From positions 310,001-374,000 of IMG/VR virus record IMGVR_UViG_3300034072_000758: a stretch of DNA of 64,000 bases. One strand, given 5' to 3'. Within the stretch, counting starts at the first letter, position 1, and each line of letters starts with the position of its first letter. Below are positions 29,352 to 38,799 of this stretch, piece after piece. The notes below the pieces were generated by a model. It saw only the letters and a program-made list of their open reading frames with translations, was not told the DNA's origin and did no database searches. The translations under genes were made by a program, and so were the position numbers.

Positions 29352-29939
29352 ATGGTTTCCACTATTAATACCTTTGGTGTTCCACTCGGCGGCGGTGCTG
29401 GTCGTGGTGGTATCATCCAGCCAAAGACAAAACATAAATTCCGCGTCCGTGTTATCGGCTTCGGCCCACTGAACGGTGGTCTGGAATTGACACAACAAGT
29501 CATGAGCGTTGGTCGTCCACAAGTTGATTTCAACCCTGTTGAAGTTCATTCTTACAACTCAACTACTTATTATGCCGGTAAAGCTCAGTGGCAAACACTG
29601 GAACTGACTGTACGTGATGACATTACGAACTCGGTTTCGGCTCTTGTTGGTCACCAGCTTCAAAAGCAAATGAACTTCTTCCAGCAAACATCTGCTGCTG
29701 CTGGCTCGAACTACAAGTTCCAAATGTATATCGAGACACTGAATGGCGGTGATGATGCTGTTATCGAACAGTGGTACATTGAAGGATGCTTCTTGTCTGC
29801 CGTCAACTATGATCAGTTCAGTTATGACGCTGCTGATCCAGTAACGATCCAAATGACAATTCGTTTCGACAACGCCACACAGCAAGACAATCTGATGCCG
29901 GTCAATCCAGAACTCGGCGTAGGATCGATGATCGGGTAA
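29352..29939 (+). CDS. Tail tube protein (gp19-like)
   Basis: QPK.K.KFRV, YAGK..W, W.IEGCF, IRFDNA; follows the sheath gene. Confidence 0.9.
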   Translation: MVSTINTFGVPLGGGAGRGGIIQPKTKHKFRVRVIGFGPLNGGLELTQQVMSVGRPQVDFNPVEVHSYNSTTYYAGKAQWQTLELTVRDDITNSVSALVGHQLQKQMNFFQQTSAAAGSNYKFQMYIETLNGGDDAVIEQWYIEGCFLSAVNYDQFSYDAADPVTIQMTIRFDNATQQDNLMPVNPELGVGSMIG

Positions 29940-29948
29940 TAATACCTA

Positions 29949-31271
29949 ATGAGTGACGTTATTCGTTCACCAAGACAGGCTTCTACTATCTATGGGATGG
30001 ATGGAAACAACATCCCAAGAAAGAAAAGCCTGTTTTACGCTCGTTTCAGACGAACGGACAATGGACAGGCCACCGTGGGTGGTGGCTGGCAGGATAACTT
30101 TAGCTTCATTCTAAAATCTATTGATAGACCTTCTGAAAATCCAAAGATCGAAGAACTCAATCAGTACAACAAAAAGAGACAGATCATCACCGGTATCGAA
30201 TATGAGCCGATGAATATGGTTTTGTATGATGTTGTTGACAACATTGTTTTCAAGATGTGGGATGAATACTCTCGTTATTACTATGGTGATTACAACCAAC
30301 AAGACGAGAGACAATTTGATTACGACCAAACCCTCCCTGTTACTTATGATAACGGGGCGGGTTACGGTTATGTTCCTCGCAAGTTTAATTCTAGTGTTCC
30401 TATAAAGGATCAAACTGCGCTCGATTTGAACTCTCAAAATTTCTTCGACGCAATTGAAATATACCAAGTTTTTGGTGGATATTATACACAGTTCGATTTG
30501 ATAAATCCTAAGATCAAGACGTTCAACCCGGACGAACTTGACTATGAACAAACCACCATTTCCACAGTCAACATCACCGTAACTTACGAGGCTATTCTTC
30601 GTCAGAACAGCGGAAAACCTATGCTTATTTCCGAAAACGAATTTGTGTCTCAGGTTTTTAGAGATCAATTCAACGGGGATACGATTGAAACCGAAAGCTT
30701 GAGTAGACCTGATTTCTCGTCAGCCTTACAGACAACAGAGACTTGGGACAAGACTGGCGATTTCTACGCTGATGTGATCTCGCGGGCGATGTCTAACACC
30801 AGTGTGACGTTGAGTGGCATCCAGTCTAGTCCAGCCAAAATCAATTACGGCCAGTACGATTTTGGCTCGGCCTCTTCGACCACCAATCGTCAAAGCGACG
30901 GTACGTATCTCCTAAGCGGTAGTGAGACATTAAAAGCCGCATTGTCTGGCGGCGCTAAAACCATGAGTGATGCCCTAATTCAAACAGCCGGGGCCAAGAT
31001 TGGTGGAACGGCTAAGAACTCGGCTGGAACCAACTATCTCAAGAACACCATTGTCAGTGGTATGATTGGTGCCGGGGCATTGAACAAGGTCGATCCATTG
31101 ACGGGCGCTGTAGTGCGCCAGATCGCCCGTGGGGCCACACCGACGCAAGCGGTCGTGAATGGCGTCAAACAGACCTCTACAGGGCGCGCAGCCCTATCCC
31201 TACAGTCCAGCGTCTATGCGGTCATAAACGCCTCCAAGAACCTTCGTTCGCGCATTGGTAAGAAACTGTAA
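29949..31271 (+). CDS. Tube-fold baseplate or tube initiator protein (gp48/gp54-like)
   Basis: NQYNKKR.I.T.I.Y.P, NP.I..F..DELDY, V.YE. Confidence 0.65.
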   Translation: MSDVIRSPRQASTIYGMDGNNIPRKKSLFYARFRRTDNGQATVGGGWQDNFSFILKSIDRPSENPKIEELNQYNKKRQIITGIEYEPMNMVLYDVVDNIVFKMWDEYSRYYYGDYNQQDERQFDYDQTLPVTYDNGAGYGYVPRKFNSSVPIKDQTALDLNSQNFFDAIEIYQVFGGYYTQFDLINPKIKTFNPDELDYEQTTISTVNITVTYEAILRQNSGKPMLISENEFVSQVFRDQFNGDTIETESLSRPDFSSALQTTETWDKTGDFYADVISRAMSNTSVTLSGIQSSPAKINYGQYDFGSASSTTNRQSDGTYLLSGSETLKAALSGGAKTMSDALIQTAGAKIGGTAKNSAGTNYLKNTIVSGMIGAGALNKVDPLTGAVVRQIARGATPTQAVVNGVKQTSTGRAALSLQSSVYAVINASKNLRSRIGKKL

Positions 31272-31285
31272 GGAGTAATCATTCG

Positions 31286-31726
31286 ATGGCTCGAAATTAC
31301 AGACAGGGTGAATACGTCCTCAAGAATCCTGAGAAGTATGTAGGGAAGCTTCCCGTCATATATCGTAGCTCATGGGAGTTCGCTCTTATGCGCGTATTGG
31401 ATAATCACCCAGCCGTGACGCAATGGGCCAGTGAAAGCATTCAAATCCCATATAAAAATCCATTTACTAACAGATGGACCGTTTATATACCAGACTTCTT
31501 CATAGTATATGTTGATAAAAATGGCAAACATCACGCAGAACTGGTAGAAGTAAAGCCTGAGAAAGAAACCCCGGAATACGGGAAGCGAGTATCACAGAAG
31601 ACAAAAGCTATCCAACAACTCAATCTTGTTAAATGGACAGCGGCAAGAGTGTTCTGTTCCAAAAATGGTATACGCTTTAGAGTAGCAACAGAGAAAGATT
31701 TATTTGGAAGGACATCGAGAAAATGA
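31286..31726 (+). CDS. Head completion nuclease (T4 gp4-like, TnsA fold)
   Basis: NPEKY.G, YRSSWE, WASE, Y.PDF, EVKP. Confidence 0.9.
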   Translation: MARNYRQGEYVLKNPEKYVGKLPVIYRSSWEFALMRVLDNHPAVTQWASESIQIPYKNPFTNRWTVYIPDFFIVYVDKNGKHHAELVEVKPEKETPEYGKRVSQKTKAIQQLNLVKWTAARVFCSKNGIRFRVATEKDLFGRTSRK

Positions 31727-32232
31727 GTAAAAAGATCGAAGAACTTTTCGACTTACCAGACATCGACTCCATGAATGAAAATGAGGTCGAAGAGGATATG
31801 TCTATCGATATTCCGGCCACGAACTCGGCCCCGGCTATCATGGATGAAGTTTTGGTATTCCCAGACGATCACGCGGAAGCTATGGACAAGATTTATGAAG
31901 AGACGGTTCAACACGCGGCTGATCTCATGGATTTTGGCTATTCTGCCGAAGAACGCTCCAAGGCAACTATCTTTGAAAAAGCCAACATGCTTTACAATAC
32001 CGCCATCAGTGCGAAGAAAGCAAAACGCGATGCTCAACACAAGGAAATGGACCTTGAACTGAAAAGACGCCGATTGGTCCTTGACGAGAAGAAATTTGCT
32101 ATGCAAAGCATGGACGGCGAAGTCATCGAAACTAAAGTTAATAATGGCGTTGGTTTCTTCGACCGCAACGAAATCGTCAAACAAGCAATTCAAGATAGAA
32201 AGAGCGACCGTAATGACAACAACGACATCTAG
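31723..32232 (+). CDS. Putative terminase small subunit
   Basis: MSKKIEELFDLP start, helical core, C-terminal DRNE; located after gp4. Confidence 0.55.
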   Translation: MSKKIEELFDLPDIDSMNENEVEEDMSIDIPATNSAPAIMDEVLVFPDDHAEAMDKIYEETVQHAADLMDFGYSAEERSKATIFEKANMLYNTAISAKKAKRDAQHKEMDLELKRRRLVLDEKKFAMQSMDGEVIETKVNNGVGFFDRNEIVKQAIQDRKSDRNDNNDI

Positions 32233-32333
32233 CGAAGATTGCTTCTGTGAAAAATACGATAATGCTGAGGCAGAAATTGACGCAAAAGACGAAGGTTCGA
32301 CTTGCCCCAAATGCGCTATGGTCTTCGAAGATT

Positions 32334-32600
32334 TTATGAAGACGCTGAAAGAATCTTCCGATCCTCAGCAATAGCCCGAATAAACAACTCAGCGGGTTCA
32401 AGAGCCGCCCATGTCACGGCCTCATATAACCGATCTTCGGTCGAAACCATATATCCATTAGCCGAAATCATCAAATTGGCAATATAGCCTATTTTGAAAT
32501 GGCTATATTGATACTGAACATAAACCACCGATCCATCATCATTGTGGGCTTGATGGACGATGGCTTTATCTAATGTCATGAGCGGATCGACTGGATTCAT
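32334..32600 (-). CDS. Hypothetical protein
   Basis: AAGGAG SD. Confidence 0.6.
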   Translation of the reverse strand: MNPVDPLMTLDKAIVHQAHNDDGSVVYVQYQYSHFKIGYIANLMISANGYMVSTEDRLYEAVTWAALEPAELFIRAIAEDRKILSASS

Positions 32601-32672
32601 ATCTCCTTATAACACCGACTATTTTTCACGGCAACAGGATAAATATAAGAAACTCCCATTGAGGTTATTGAT

Positions 32673-33200
32673 ATGAATTTCAAAGATTATTATTTGAAGG
32701 CACAGAAAGTTCATAAGTTCCGTTTGAAGACTATTGTTTGCCTTGATGACGCCGCTATGGATAGCGTTGAGCGTATCTTGAGAAAATATAATCCGACATC
32801 CGTTTCTCGTCCAAAGAAAACCATCATGCAAAAGAACCCGCTCGACTTCATTGGTGTCGAGTATGCTGAGGTTTATATTGTAGATTTCGAAACCCACATG
32901 CCAGTATCTCCTTGGATGCTGCGTCGTGAATTGGAAGTGGGTCTCGGCGTACCTGAGAAATACATTGTCATTCGTTCGAAAGATGATCCATTGGAGGATG
33001 AAGCAACCAAGGCCGCTGGTGAAGAACCAGAAAAAGAAACCGATACGGATGTTCCATTGGCAGGTAATGATCGCGTCAATAAGCTGCTTCAATACGTCGA
33101 AGAACTTGAAAAGAAGCGCAAGGACGAAATTGCTGCTGAAACCAAAAAGAAAATCGATTTTTCTCTCCTGAATACATTGGATAAGAAGGAAACGAAATGA
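32673..33200 (+). CDS. Hypothetical late protein
   Basis: Late promoter, GAGG SD. Confidence 0.7.
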   Translation: MNFKDYYLKAQKVHKFRLKTIVCLDDAAMDSVERILRKYNPTSVSRPKKTIMQKNPLDFIGVEYAEVYIVDFETHMPVSPWMLRRELEVGLGVPEKYIVIRSKDDPLEDEATKAAGEEPEKETDTDVPLAGNDRVNKLLQYVEELEKKRKDEIAAETKKKIDFSLLNTLDKKETK

Positions 33201-33688
33201 TTAGGTTCGGTAATTTATTTGAAGACAAAAACATCGACAAGCTGCGTAAGTATTTGAATGATTCGGGTATATCAGATCGTGAAATATCCGGGGGCTTGGA
33301 CCTCAAGAAGATCGGTTACGCCAAGATCGCAGCGGCTATGGATGTCTCAGAAGAGGATGCTGAAAATCTTCTGGACGATCTGAGTGACTTCTTGAAAAAG
33401 AAAGCCAGCCTCGAAGAGTCGTATGCGGCGCTAGTTGAGAAGGATGATGATACAGAAGACGATGATGATGATGATTTCCATGCCGAAATTCACGCCAAAT
33501 ATAATACGTTCAATTTCCTCTGGATATACGACGATATGAACGGCTCTGGAACGGCGCGCTTCTCAGACAAGGGCGTAAAAGTCATGTCGATCCGTGATAG
33601 CGAAGGAAAGGTAATTCTCAAGTTCCCTTCTAAAGACTTCGTAGATTCAATCCAGCGTCAGGCCATAGACTTCATTCACGAGGCATAA
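33197..33688 (+). CDS. Hypothetical acidic late protein
   Basis: Coupled ORF, NLFE N-terminus. Confidence 0.7.
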   Translation: MIRFGNLFEDKNIDKLRKYLNDSGISDREISGGLDLKKIGYAKIAAAMDVSEEDAENLLDDLSDFLKKKASLEESYAALVEKDDDTEDDDDDDFHAEIHAKYNTFNFLWIYDDMNGSGTARFSDKGVKVMSIRDSEGKVILKFPSKDFVDSIQRQAIDFIHEA

Positions 33689-33690
33689 CG

Positions 33691-34173
33691 ATGAAGCTAC
33701 ACGATTTCTTTGAGGATGATAGCGCACATACCGCCGCTGCCGCTGAGACGGGCTTCTGGGGCCGTCAAGGCGCAGGGTGTATCGTGTTTGCTAAATCCAC
33801 GAAGAGGTTCCTGCTGGCTTACAGATCGGAATACGTGATGGAGGGGAATACTTGGGGCACTTGGGGCGGGGCTATCGACTCCAACGAAGACCCGCGTACA
33901 GCCGTTGTTCGTGAACTCAAAGAAGAAACCGAGTTTCATTCCCCAATATCAAAAATCATCCCTCTTTATATTTTCAAAAAGAGCGATTTCCAATATTTCA
34001 ATTTTGTCGTGATTATCGAAGACGAATACGAGCCAGACTTGAATTGGGAAAATTCGGGCTTCAAATGGTGTGCTTTGGGAGAGTTCCCATCACCATTACA
34101 CTTTGGTCTCCAATCCTTGTTGAAGGATGGAGCCAGCATGAGCACGTTAAAGAAGCTTTCAGACATCCAATAA
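33691..34173 (+). CDS. Nudix hydrolase
   Basis: WGGAIDSNEDPRTAVVRELKEET; P.PLHFG. Confidence 0.88.
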   Translation: MKLHDFFEDDSAHTAAAAETGFWGRQGAGCIVFAKSTKRFLLAYRSEYVMEGNTWGTWGGAIDSNEDPRTAVVRELKEETEFHSPISKIIPLYIFKKSDFQYFNFVVIIEDEYEPDLNWENSGFKWCALGEFPSPLHFGLQSLLKDGASMSTLKKLSDIQ

Positions 34174-34197
34174 TGGTTGTCTCAGCACAAACAACCG

Positions 34198-34368
34198 TTA
34201 TCGGTTGTCTAGGACATCTACTTCAACAACATAGTCTGGGAAGAGTTCTTCCGCAACTGCGCCGACCGCCGCTACTTGATCTGCCGGAATATTGATTTCT
34301 TCGTCGGAGCCTTCCTTGATCAGCTTGGACAGGATGATAGTGATTTCTTGTTGAATAACGCGAGCCAT
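34198..34368 (-). CDS. Small hypothetical protein (56 aa), not in the ORF track
   Basis: MARVIQQEITIILSKLIKEG...VVEVDVLDNR; GAGGA SD. Confidence 0.65.
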   Translation of the reverse strand: MARVIQQEITIILSKLIKEGSDEEINIPADQVAAVGAVAEELFPDYVVEVDVLDNR

Positions 34369-34419
34369 GATACTAATCCTCTTTTCCTAAAAATATCATG
34401 TTCGCAAGTCTAATTACAA

Positions 34420-34827
34420 TTATTTTCTATTAAGAATTGCTTTATTGTTTTCGCGGATCAGAGAATCGTGAGGACGTTCAATCGCATTCTTTTTGCGAGC
34501 AAATATTTTTCCACGTTCCTCCGACACTTTTTTGTACAAATTATCGCGGTACGCTCGCGCGGATTTTACCGCAGAGAATTTATACGGATTACAAAGAGCA
34601 AGCTTCACTTGATCTTCTTCATCCATTTTATAAAAATCAGACAAAAGTTGATCGTAATACGAAAGCGATGCAGCCGGTAATGTCAATGGAGACATCCAGC
34701 TTTTATTCGATGGTAGCTTCAACTCCACAAGTTGAGGCGGAATCCACACTATACCATCTGGATAAAAGCCCAAAAATTTCACAGACAGGTGAGACGTACT
34801 CTTAAGTTCAACAATGCGCCCGGTCAT
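34420..34827 (-). CDS. Hypothetical protein
   Basis: Coupled ORF. Confidence 0.6.
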   Translation of the reverse strand: MTGRIVELKSTSHLSVKFLGFYPDGIVWIPPQLVELKLPSNKSWMSPLTLPAASLSYYDQLLSDFYKMDEEDQVKLALCNPYKFSAVKSARAYRDNLYKKVSEERGKIFARKKNAIERPHDSLIRENNKAILNRK

Positions 34828-35201
34828 TGTGAATTATATTCTTTCGGGAATCGACCGCAGAGTATTGCCGCAACGAAATGATCAGCAACCTCTTGTTCAG
34901 TCACGTCACTATATACTTCAACACATGAGGTGGCGAGCAATTCCCCGGTATCATCGCGCGTATCTACGCAATAATCGTATGAAAAAATATCACCTATCAC
35001 GTTATGCTCAGGATCATAGTCCAAGATTGTGTAGGCTTGAGACGTATAATTGAAATCCTCATTGCGATTTTTCAACAGCAAGGGATCATGCTTATAGATG
35101 CGGAAATACAAATTCATATTCAAATGTGCGTATTCGTATACCGACTTACGAATGTTTTCCGGTAACTCAACACTTTGGAAGAATTTGATAATGATGTCCA
35201 T
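34824..35201 (-). CDS. Hypothetical protein
   Basis: Coupled ORF. Confidence 0.6.
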   Translation of the reverse strand: MDIIIKFFQSVELPENIRKSVYEYAHLNMNLYFRIYKHDPLLLKNRNEDFNYTSQAYTILDYDPEHNVIGDIFSYDYCVDTRDDTGELLATSCVEVYSDVTEQEVADHFVAAILCGRFPKEYNSQ

Positions 35202-35473
35202 CAGGAGATCGTAGAACGATTGTGAACGATGTAATTGTACACCGCCGTTGGCGTGATTGAAGGACCGCTCAGATAGTCAAGATCGTCTTCGGGGCCGGGT
35301 TCTTTGTAGTCGAACACATCGCTACACTTGTTGACGTTTGTTCGCTTACCGTTGGGAGACAGGATGCTCACCACGGTCTTCCCGACCTTCCAGAACCAAA
35401 TCTCGGAGCCGATCTGAATCTCGCGCTCACCCTTACCTTTGACGTGAGGCTTTTTGGGTTTCTTGCGTTCCAT
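35201..35473 (-). CDS. Hypothetical protein
   Basis: Coupled ORF. Confidence 0.65.
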   Translation of the reverse strand: MERKKPKKPHVKGKGEREIQIGSEIWFWKVGKTVVSILSPNGKRTNVNKCSDVFDYKEPGPEDDLDYLSGPSITPTAVYNYIVHNRSTIS

Positions 35474-35496
35474 GATCGTATCTTTCGGGGGAATTA

Positions 35497-35578
35497 AGTC
35501 TGGGGGACAAGTCTGACAGCTTTGTCATCATCCAATTGAAATTTTTAGAAGGAAGCGCACCAATGCGTCCCCCAGACT
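35497..35578 (-). ncRNA. Small structured RNA motif, copy 2 (3' of tRNA-Thr)
   Basis: 12-bp closing stem AGTCTGGGGGAC/GTCCCCCAGACT; core GCATT..GCTTCCTTCTAAAA...TGACA-AAGC-TGTCA-GA. Confidence 0.6.
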
Positions 35579-35579
35579 G

Positions 35580-35652
35580 TGCCGGTTGCAGGAATCGAAC
35601 CCGCGACATCTTGTTTACAAAACAAGTGCTCTACCAACTGAGCTAAACCGGC
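35580..35652 (-). tRNA. tRNA-Thr(TGT), no encoded CCA
   Basis: Full cloverleaf; anticodon arm CTTGT-TTTGTAA-ACAAG. Confidence 0.93.
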
Positions 35653-35661
35653 GTGTAAGTA

Positions 35662-35728
35662 GCAAACTAATCTAACAGCTTTATCATGCAAGGGTTGGTT
35701 TTAGAAGGAAGCACGTTAATGCGTTTGC
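35662..35728 (-). ncRNA. Small structured RNA motif, copy 1 (5' of tRNA-Thr)
   Basis: Closing stem GCAAAC/GTTTGC; same core, TGATA-AAGC-TGTTA; TAAATA at 35741-35736. Confidence 0.6.
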
Positions 35729-35796
35729 GTGATTATATTTATCAAAAAGAAAATGTAGCGTCAATTAAAATCGACTTTTATCCACATTTTCTTAGA

Positions 35797-36183
35797 TCAA
35801 CGGTAAACCAGTTCCTTTTGGTCACGTTCGAGGATGACCGTAGTACGACATGGCATACGCACACCGTCTTGATTTTCGTCGGTCAAAAGGAACATTCGGT
35901 GAAGTTTCACTCCGATACCAGCCATGTAGGTGGTGACCGATTCCAAATAAGAACCTTCGACCCCACCAAAAGTGATCTTATAGTCCCTGAGACGATCAAG
36001 ACCCTTGGGGAGAAAAACTTCGTGATTGAAAACCCCCAGATCATATCCGAGAACATGAAGGGCGAAATTCTTCTTGGTTTCCATTTCGGAAATCACAGCT
36101 TCAATCGCTTTGAGGTTCATGTCCTCAAAGTTTTCATGGCGACGTGATGTAGAAATGTCGATGGCGAGTAGATAATGCTTCAT
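35797..36183 (-). CDS. Small VWA-like protein
   Basis: LLAIDISTS (DxSxS) and FLLTD MIDAS-like motifs. Confidence 0.55.
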   Translation of the reverse strand: MKHYLLAIDISTSRRHENFEDMNLKAIEAVISEMETKKNFALHVLGYDLGVFNHEVFLPKGLDRLRDYKITFGGVEGSYLESVTTYMAGIGVKLHRMFLLTDENQDGVRMPCRTTVILERDQKELVYR

Positions 36184-36223
36184 TATATTGAAGGCCGTGG
36201 AAATTAATCCACGGCCATATCCC

Positions 36224-37387
36224 TTAGTTGAACTCGGTGGCGTTTTTACGCAGGATGTAGTCTGGGGAGACCCACTTCCCGATTTTCCGGCCACGCAGGA
36301 GCGACCGGCCTTCGGTCACCGTCTTGATAACGATGCCTTCCCGAACGTGGATGCCTGACAGCGTATCCTTGCCGTCGCGCACGGCTTCCAGTGCCGCCAG
36401 ATCGTATTGGCCACGATACAGGACCGGGGCGACCGGAATACCCAGCTTCGCCGCCAGAGCTTCGAAAACCTCATAAGATACGAACTCGTACCCGATTTGG
36501 ATGTCGAAGATGTAGAGCGTGGGCTTCTTGAAGCCGTAGGTCAGGTCTTGGATACCTTCGCCGAAGATTTCACCGAAGACACGCACCGGCTGACCGTACT
36601 CGTCCGAGATAGCCTTGATCAGTTCACCGAAGCCGTTTTCGACCAGCGGCTTGAGCATCCGAACATAGACGTTCTTGAGCGCGTTGGCTTCGTTATCCTT
36701 GAAGACCAGCCCTTGTGCCGCCATACCCTTCGAGCCGACATACAGATTGCCGTCGAAGAACAGTTCGTCGTTATTCAGGCCGGGGACATAACCGATCTGA
36801 ACGTGAGTACCGTGAAGCTTTTCAGTCGCCACGACTTCATCCGACGAATCGAAAGTATCCGGGTAATTCTGAACGCTTTCGAAATCGTACTTGTGGGTAT
36901 TGCCCGAAATATTACAAACATCGCCCGCAAAGTTCGTAGGGACGGGTGGTTCGTACTTGGTGATACCAAGGAACTCGGCCACGTTGTCGCCTTCCAGAAC
37001 GGTCAGAATATGTTCGCCGTTCGGGCTTTCGATCACGTCCGAAACTTCGCCGCATCCCATATCGTATTTCGAAATGGGATACAGGACGCCTTGCGAGAAG
37101 ATGCCACGCAGACGCTTGGCCTTGACACGATCACCCTTCTTACCGGCGAGGAAGCCGACATTCTTTTCATGGTCCCAGAAGTCCATGAAGCGCAGAACAT
37201 CTTCGGGAAGAACGGCGGCTTCGGGAATGTAGGCTACGAGATCGCCCGCCTGATAGCGGTGAGAGCCATCTTCCAGCTTACCAGAAATACACAGAAAGCC
37301 CTTGATTTGGATGATCGACAGACGATCCGCATCCGGGTGATGATCGACAGAGAGAATCTTGGTCACTTCGACCGCAAAACTTGACAT
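36224..37387 (-). CDS. RNA ligase (DRB0094/Rnl5 family) with N-terminal OB domain
   Basis: HPDADRL, RLRGIFSQG, motif I EKLHGT, FGEIFG.GIQ, FDI, motif IV EGIVIK, K.VS..Y. Confidence 0.9.
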   Translation of the reverse strand: MSSFAVEVTKILSVDHHPDADRLSIIQIKGFLCISGKLEDGSHRYQAGDLVAYIPEAAVLPEDVLRFMDFWDHEKNVGFLAGKKGDRVKAKRLRGIFSQGVLYPISKYDMGCGEVSDVIESPNGEHILTVLEGDNVAEFLGITKYEPPVPTNFAGDVCNISGNTHKYDFESVQNYPDTFDSSDEVVATEKLHGTHVQIGYVPGLNNDELFFDGNLYVGSKGMAAQGLVFKDNEANALKNVYVRMLKPLVENGFGELIKAISDEYGQPVRVFGEIFGEGIQDLTYGFKKPTLYIFDIQIGYEFVSYEVFEALAAKLGIPVAPVLYRGQYDLAALEAVRDGKDTLSGIHVREGIVIKTVTEGRSLLRGRKIGKWVSPDYILRKNATEFN

Positions 37388-37450
37388 ATTTTATATCCTT
37401 TCTCATTACGTATATTCTCTTATAGCATCAAACTAAGTATTGTCAACACA

Positions 37451-37732
37451 TCACTGCGTAATTTCGTATAACTTTAGTTGAACATTCTCCAACTCGGATT
37501 TAGAACAACCGAGGTTTTTACAGGCATGTTTTATACAAGATTCGGCGATTTCGTCCGCAGTCCGAATACGACCAAAATCTTTACGATAGGTCGAAATAGA
37601 TAATTCGGAACTATCTACGTACTTTCGTCCTTTATATTCACAAGTGAAGTGAAATTGCTTGGTCGAACTTTTGGGCGGAATCTTGGGTGCTGATTTTTCG
37701 CCCCTCACATATTTCATAAGCTGTTGTATCAT
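37451..37732 (-). CDS. Hypothetical protein
   Basis: ORF with AAGGTG SD. Confidence 0.55.
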   Translation of the reverse strand: MIQQLMKYVRGEKSAPKIPPKSSTKQFHFTCEYKGRKYVDSSELSISTYRKDFGRIRTADEIAESCIKHACKNLGCSKSELENVQLKLYEITQ

Positions 37733-37760
37733 TTTAAATCACCTTCTGTTCCTTTGATTA

Positions 37761-38147
37761 TTGCGGTGCAAAAGGTATTCCATCTGTGAAAAATATATGA
37801 TAGGAAATCGTATGCTCACCATAGTCAATGATATGAAAGATAACGAGGAAGTTGCCGGGGCATTGGACCGGATGTACGATACCATATGGAATAAGTATAC
37901 CGAAACTTCGTGCTCAAATCGATGTCATGCTAGATTATTAGTTCCTTACAGCTTAGGTGATTATTCTATAGTCTTTTACGGCCCCACGTCAGACATCGGT
38001 AAAATATTATGGAGAGATTTGGGAATTGAAGTCGTCATGACACAACCAAAACATTCGGTTTCGCACGTAATTTTAAGGACATATATGGAAAAAAGTAAAG
38101 AAGACTTGGAAGAGGATTTCATAGTATTTCTTTTGTCTTTAACGTAA
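37761..38147 (+). CDS. Hypothetical protein (start uncertain)
   Basis: ORF. Confidence 0.5.
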   Translation: MRCKRYSICEKYMIGNRMLTIVNDMKDNEEVAGALDRMYDTIWNKYTETSCSNRCHARLLVPYSLGDYSIVFYGPTSDIGKILWRDLGIEVVMTQPKHSVSHVILRTYMEKSKEDLEEDFIVFLLSLT

Positions 38148-38201
38148 CTTGACAAATATCAAACATATTATATGATGATCTTGAACTGAGGGAGACAAAA
38201 T

Positions 38202-38447
38202 ATGCGAATCACGATAAACAATATCAACAAAGCTCTTGCTGATGCTGGGATCAACGCCGAACTCATCAAGGGTAAGGGTTATTTCTATTTCTTCGGCGAT
38301 GATGTTGATACCTGTAACACCACCTCAGTCTACGTATATCGCCTGACTTCATTCACTATCGATCAGTGGGTCAGGGAAGCTACTAATCTGAAAGCCGAAC
38401 ACGAGCGTAGCCGTTCATTCTTACTGGATGATGCGGCGATACTGTAA
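38202..38447 (+). CDS. Hypothetical early protein
   Basis: TTGACA..TATGAT promoter, GGGAG SD. Confidence 0.7.
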   Translation: MRITINNINKALADAGINAELIKGKGYFYFFGDDVDTCNTTSVYVYRLTSFTIDQWVREATNLKAEHERSRSFLLDDAAIL

Positions 38448-38451
38448 AAGA

Positions 38452-38613
38452 TTAAGTCTGGATGCGCCACTTTCCATTCGGATCGCGGACCACTTTTCCT
38501 TTTCCACCGGCTTGCTCAAGCTCTTGAGATAACCGAACCAGTTCAGCATAGCCGCCTACTTTACGGGCGGCTGATGCGACAGCTTGCTGTTCCTGTTTGG
38601 TGGTGACGATCAT
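38452..38613 (-). CDS. Small hypothetical protein (53 aa), not in the ORF track
   Basis: MIVTTKQEQQAVASAARKVGGYAELVR...DPNGKWRIQT. Confidence 0.5.
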   Translation of the reverse strand: MIVTTKQEQQAVASAARKVGGYAELVRLSQELEQAGGKGKVVRDPNGKWRIQT

Positions 38614-38629
38614 CGGATTTCTTGGAAAT

Positions 38630-38703
38630 TGGAGCGGGTAGCGAGAATCGAACTCGCACGATCAGCATGGCAAGCTGACAGGCTACCACTACATCATACC
38701 CGC
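38630..38703 (-). tRNA. tRNA-Gly(GCC) with CCA
   Basis: GCGGGTA...TCAGC-TTGCCAT-GCTGA...TACCCGC-T-CCA. Confidence 0.93.
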
Positions 38704-38705
38704 GT

Positions 38706-38799
38706 AGCGGGGAATGCTTCTGTTGCCAAGTGCATCCCCAAAACTCCGGTTAGCGACAATTAAGCCGCCAGAGCCAAGACTACGTTATCGTTGTCAGTT
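38706..38799 (-). ncRNA. tmRNA-like fragment lacking the tRNA-like domain (tag frame DNDNVVLALAA* plus pseudoknot)
   Basis: Tag 38795-38760; GAGT..GGGGATGC-ACTT-GGCAACAGAA-GCATTCCC pseudoknot with the same architecture as in the main tmRNA; TAAATA at 38810-38805. Confidence 0.7.
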
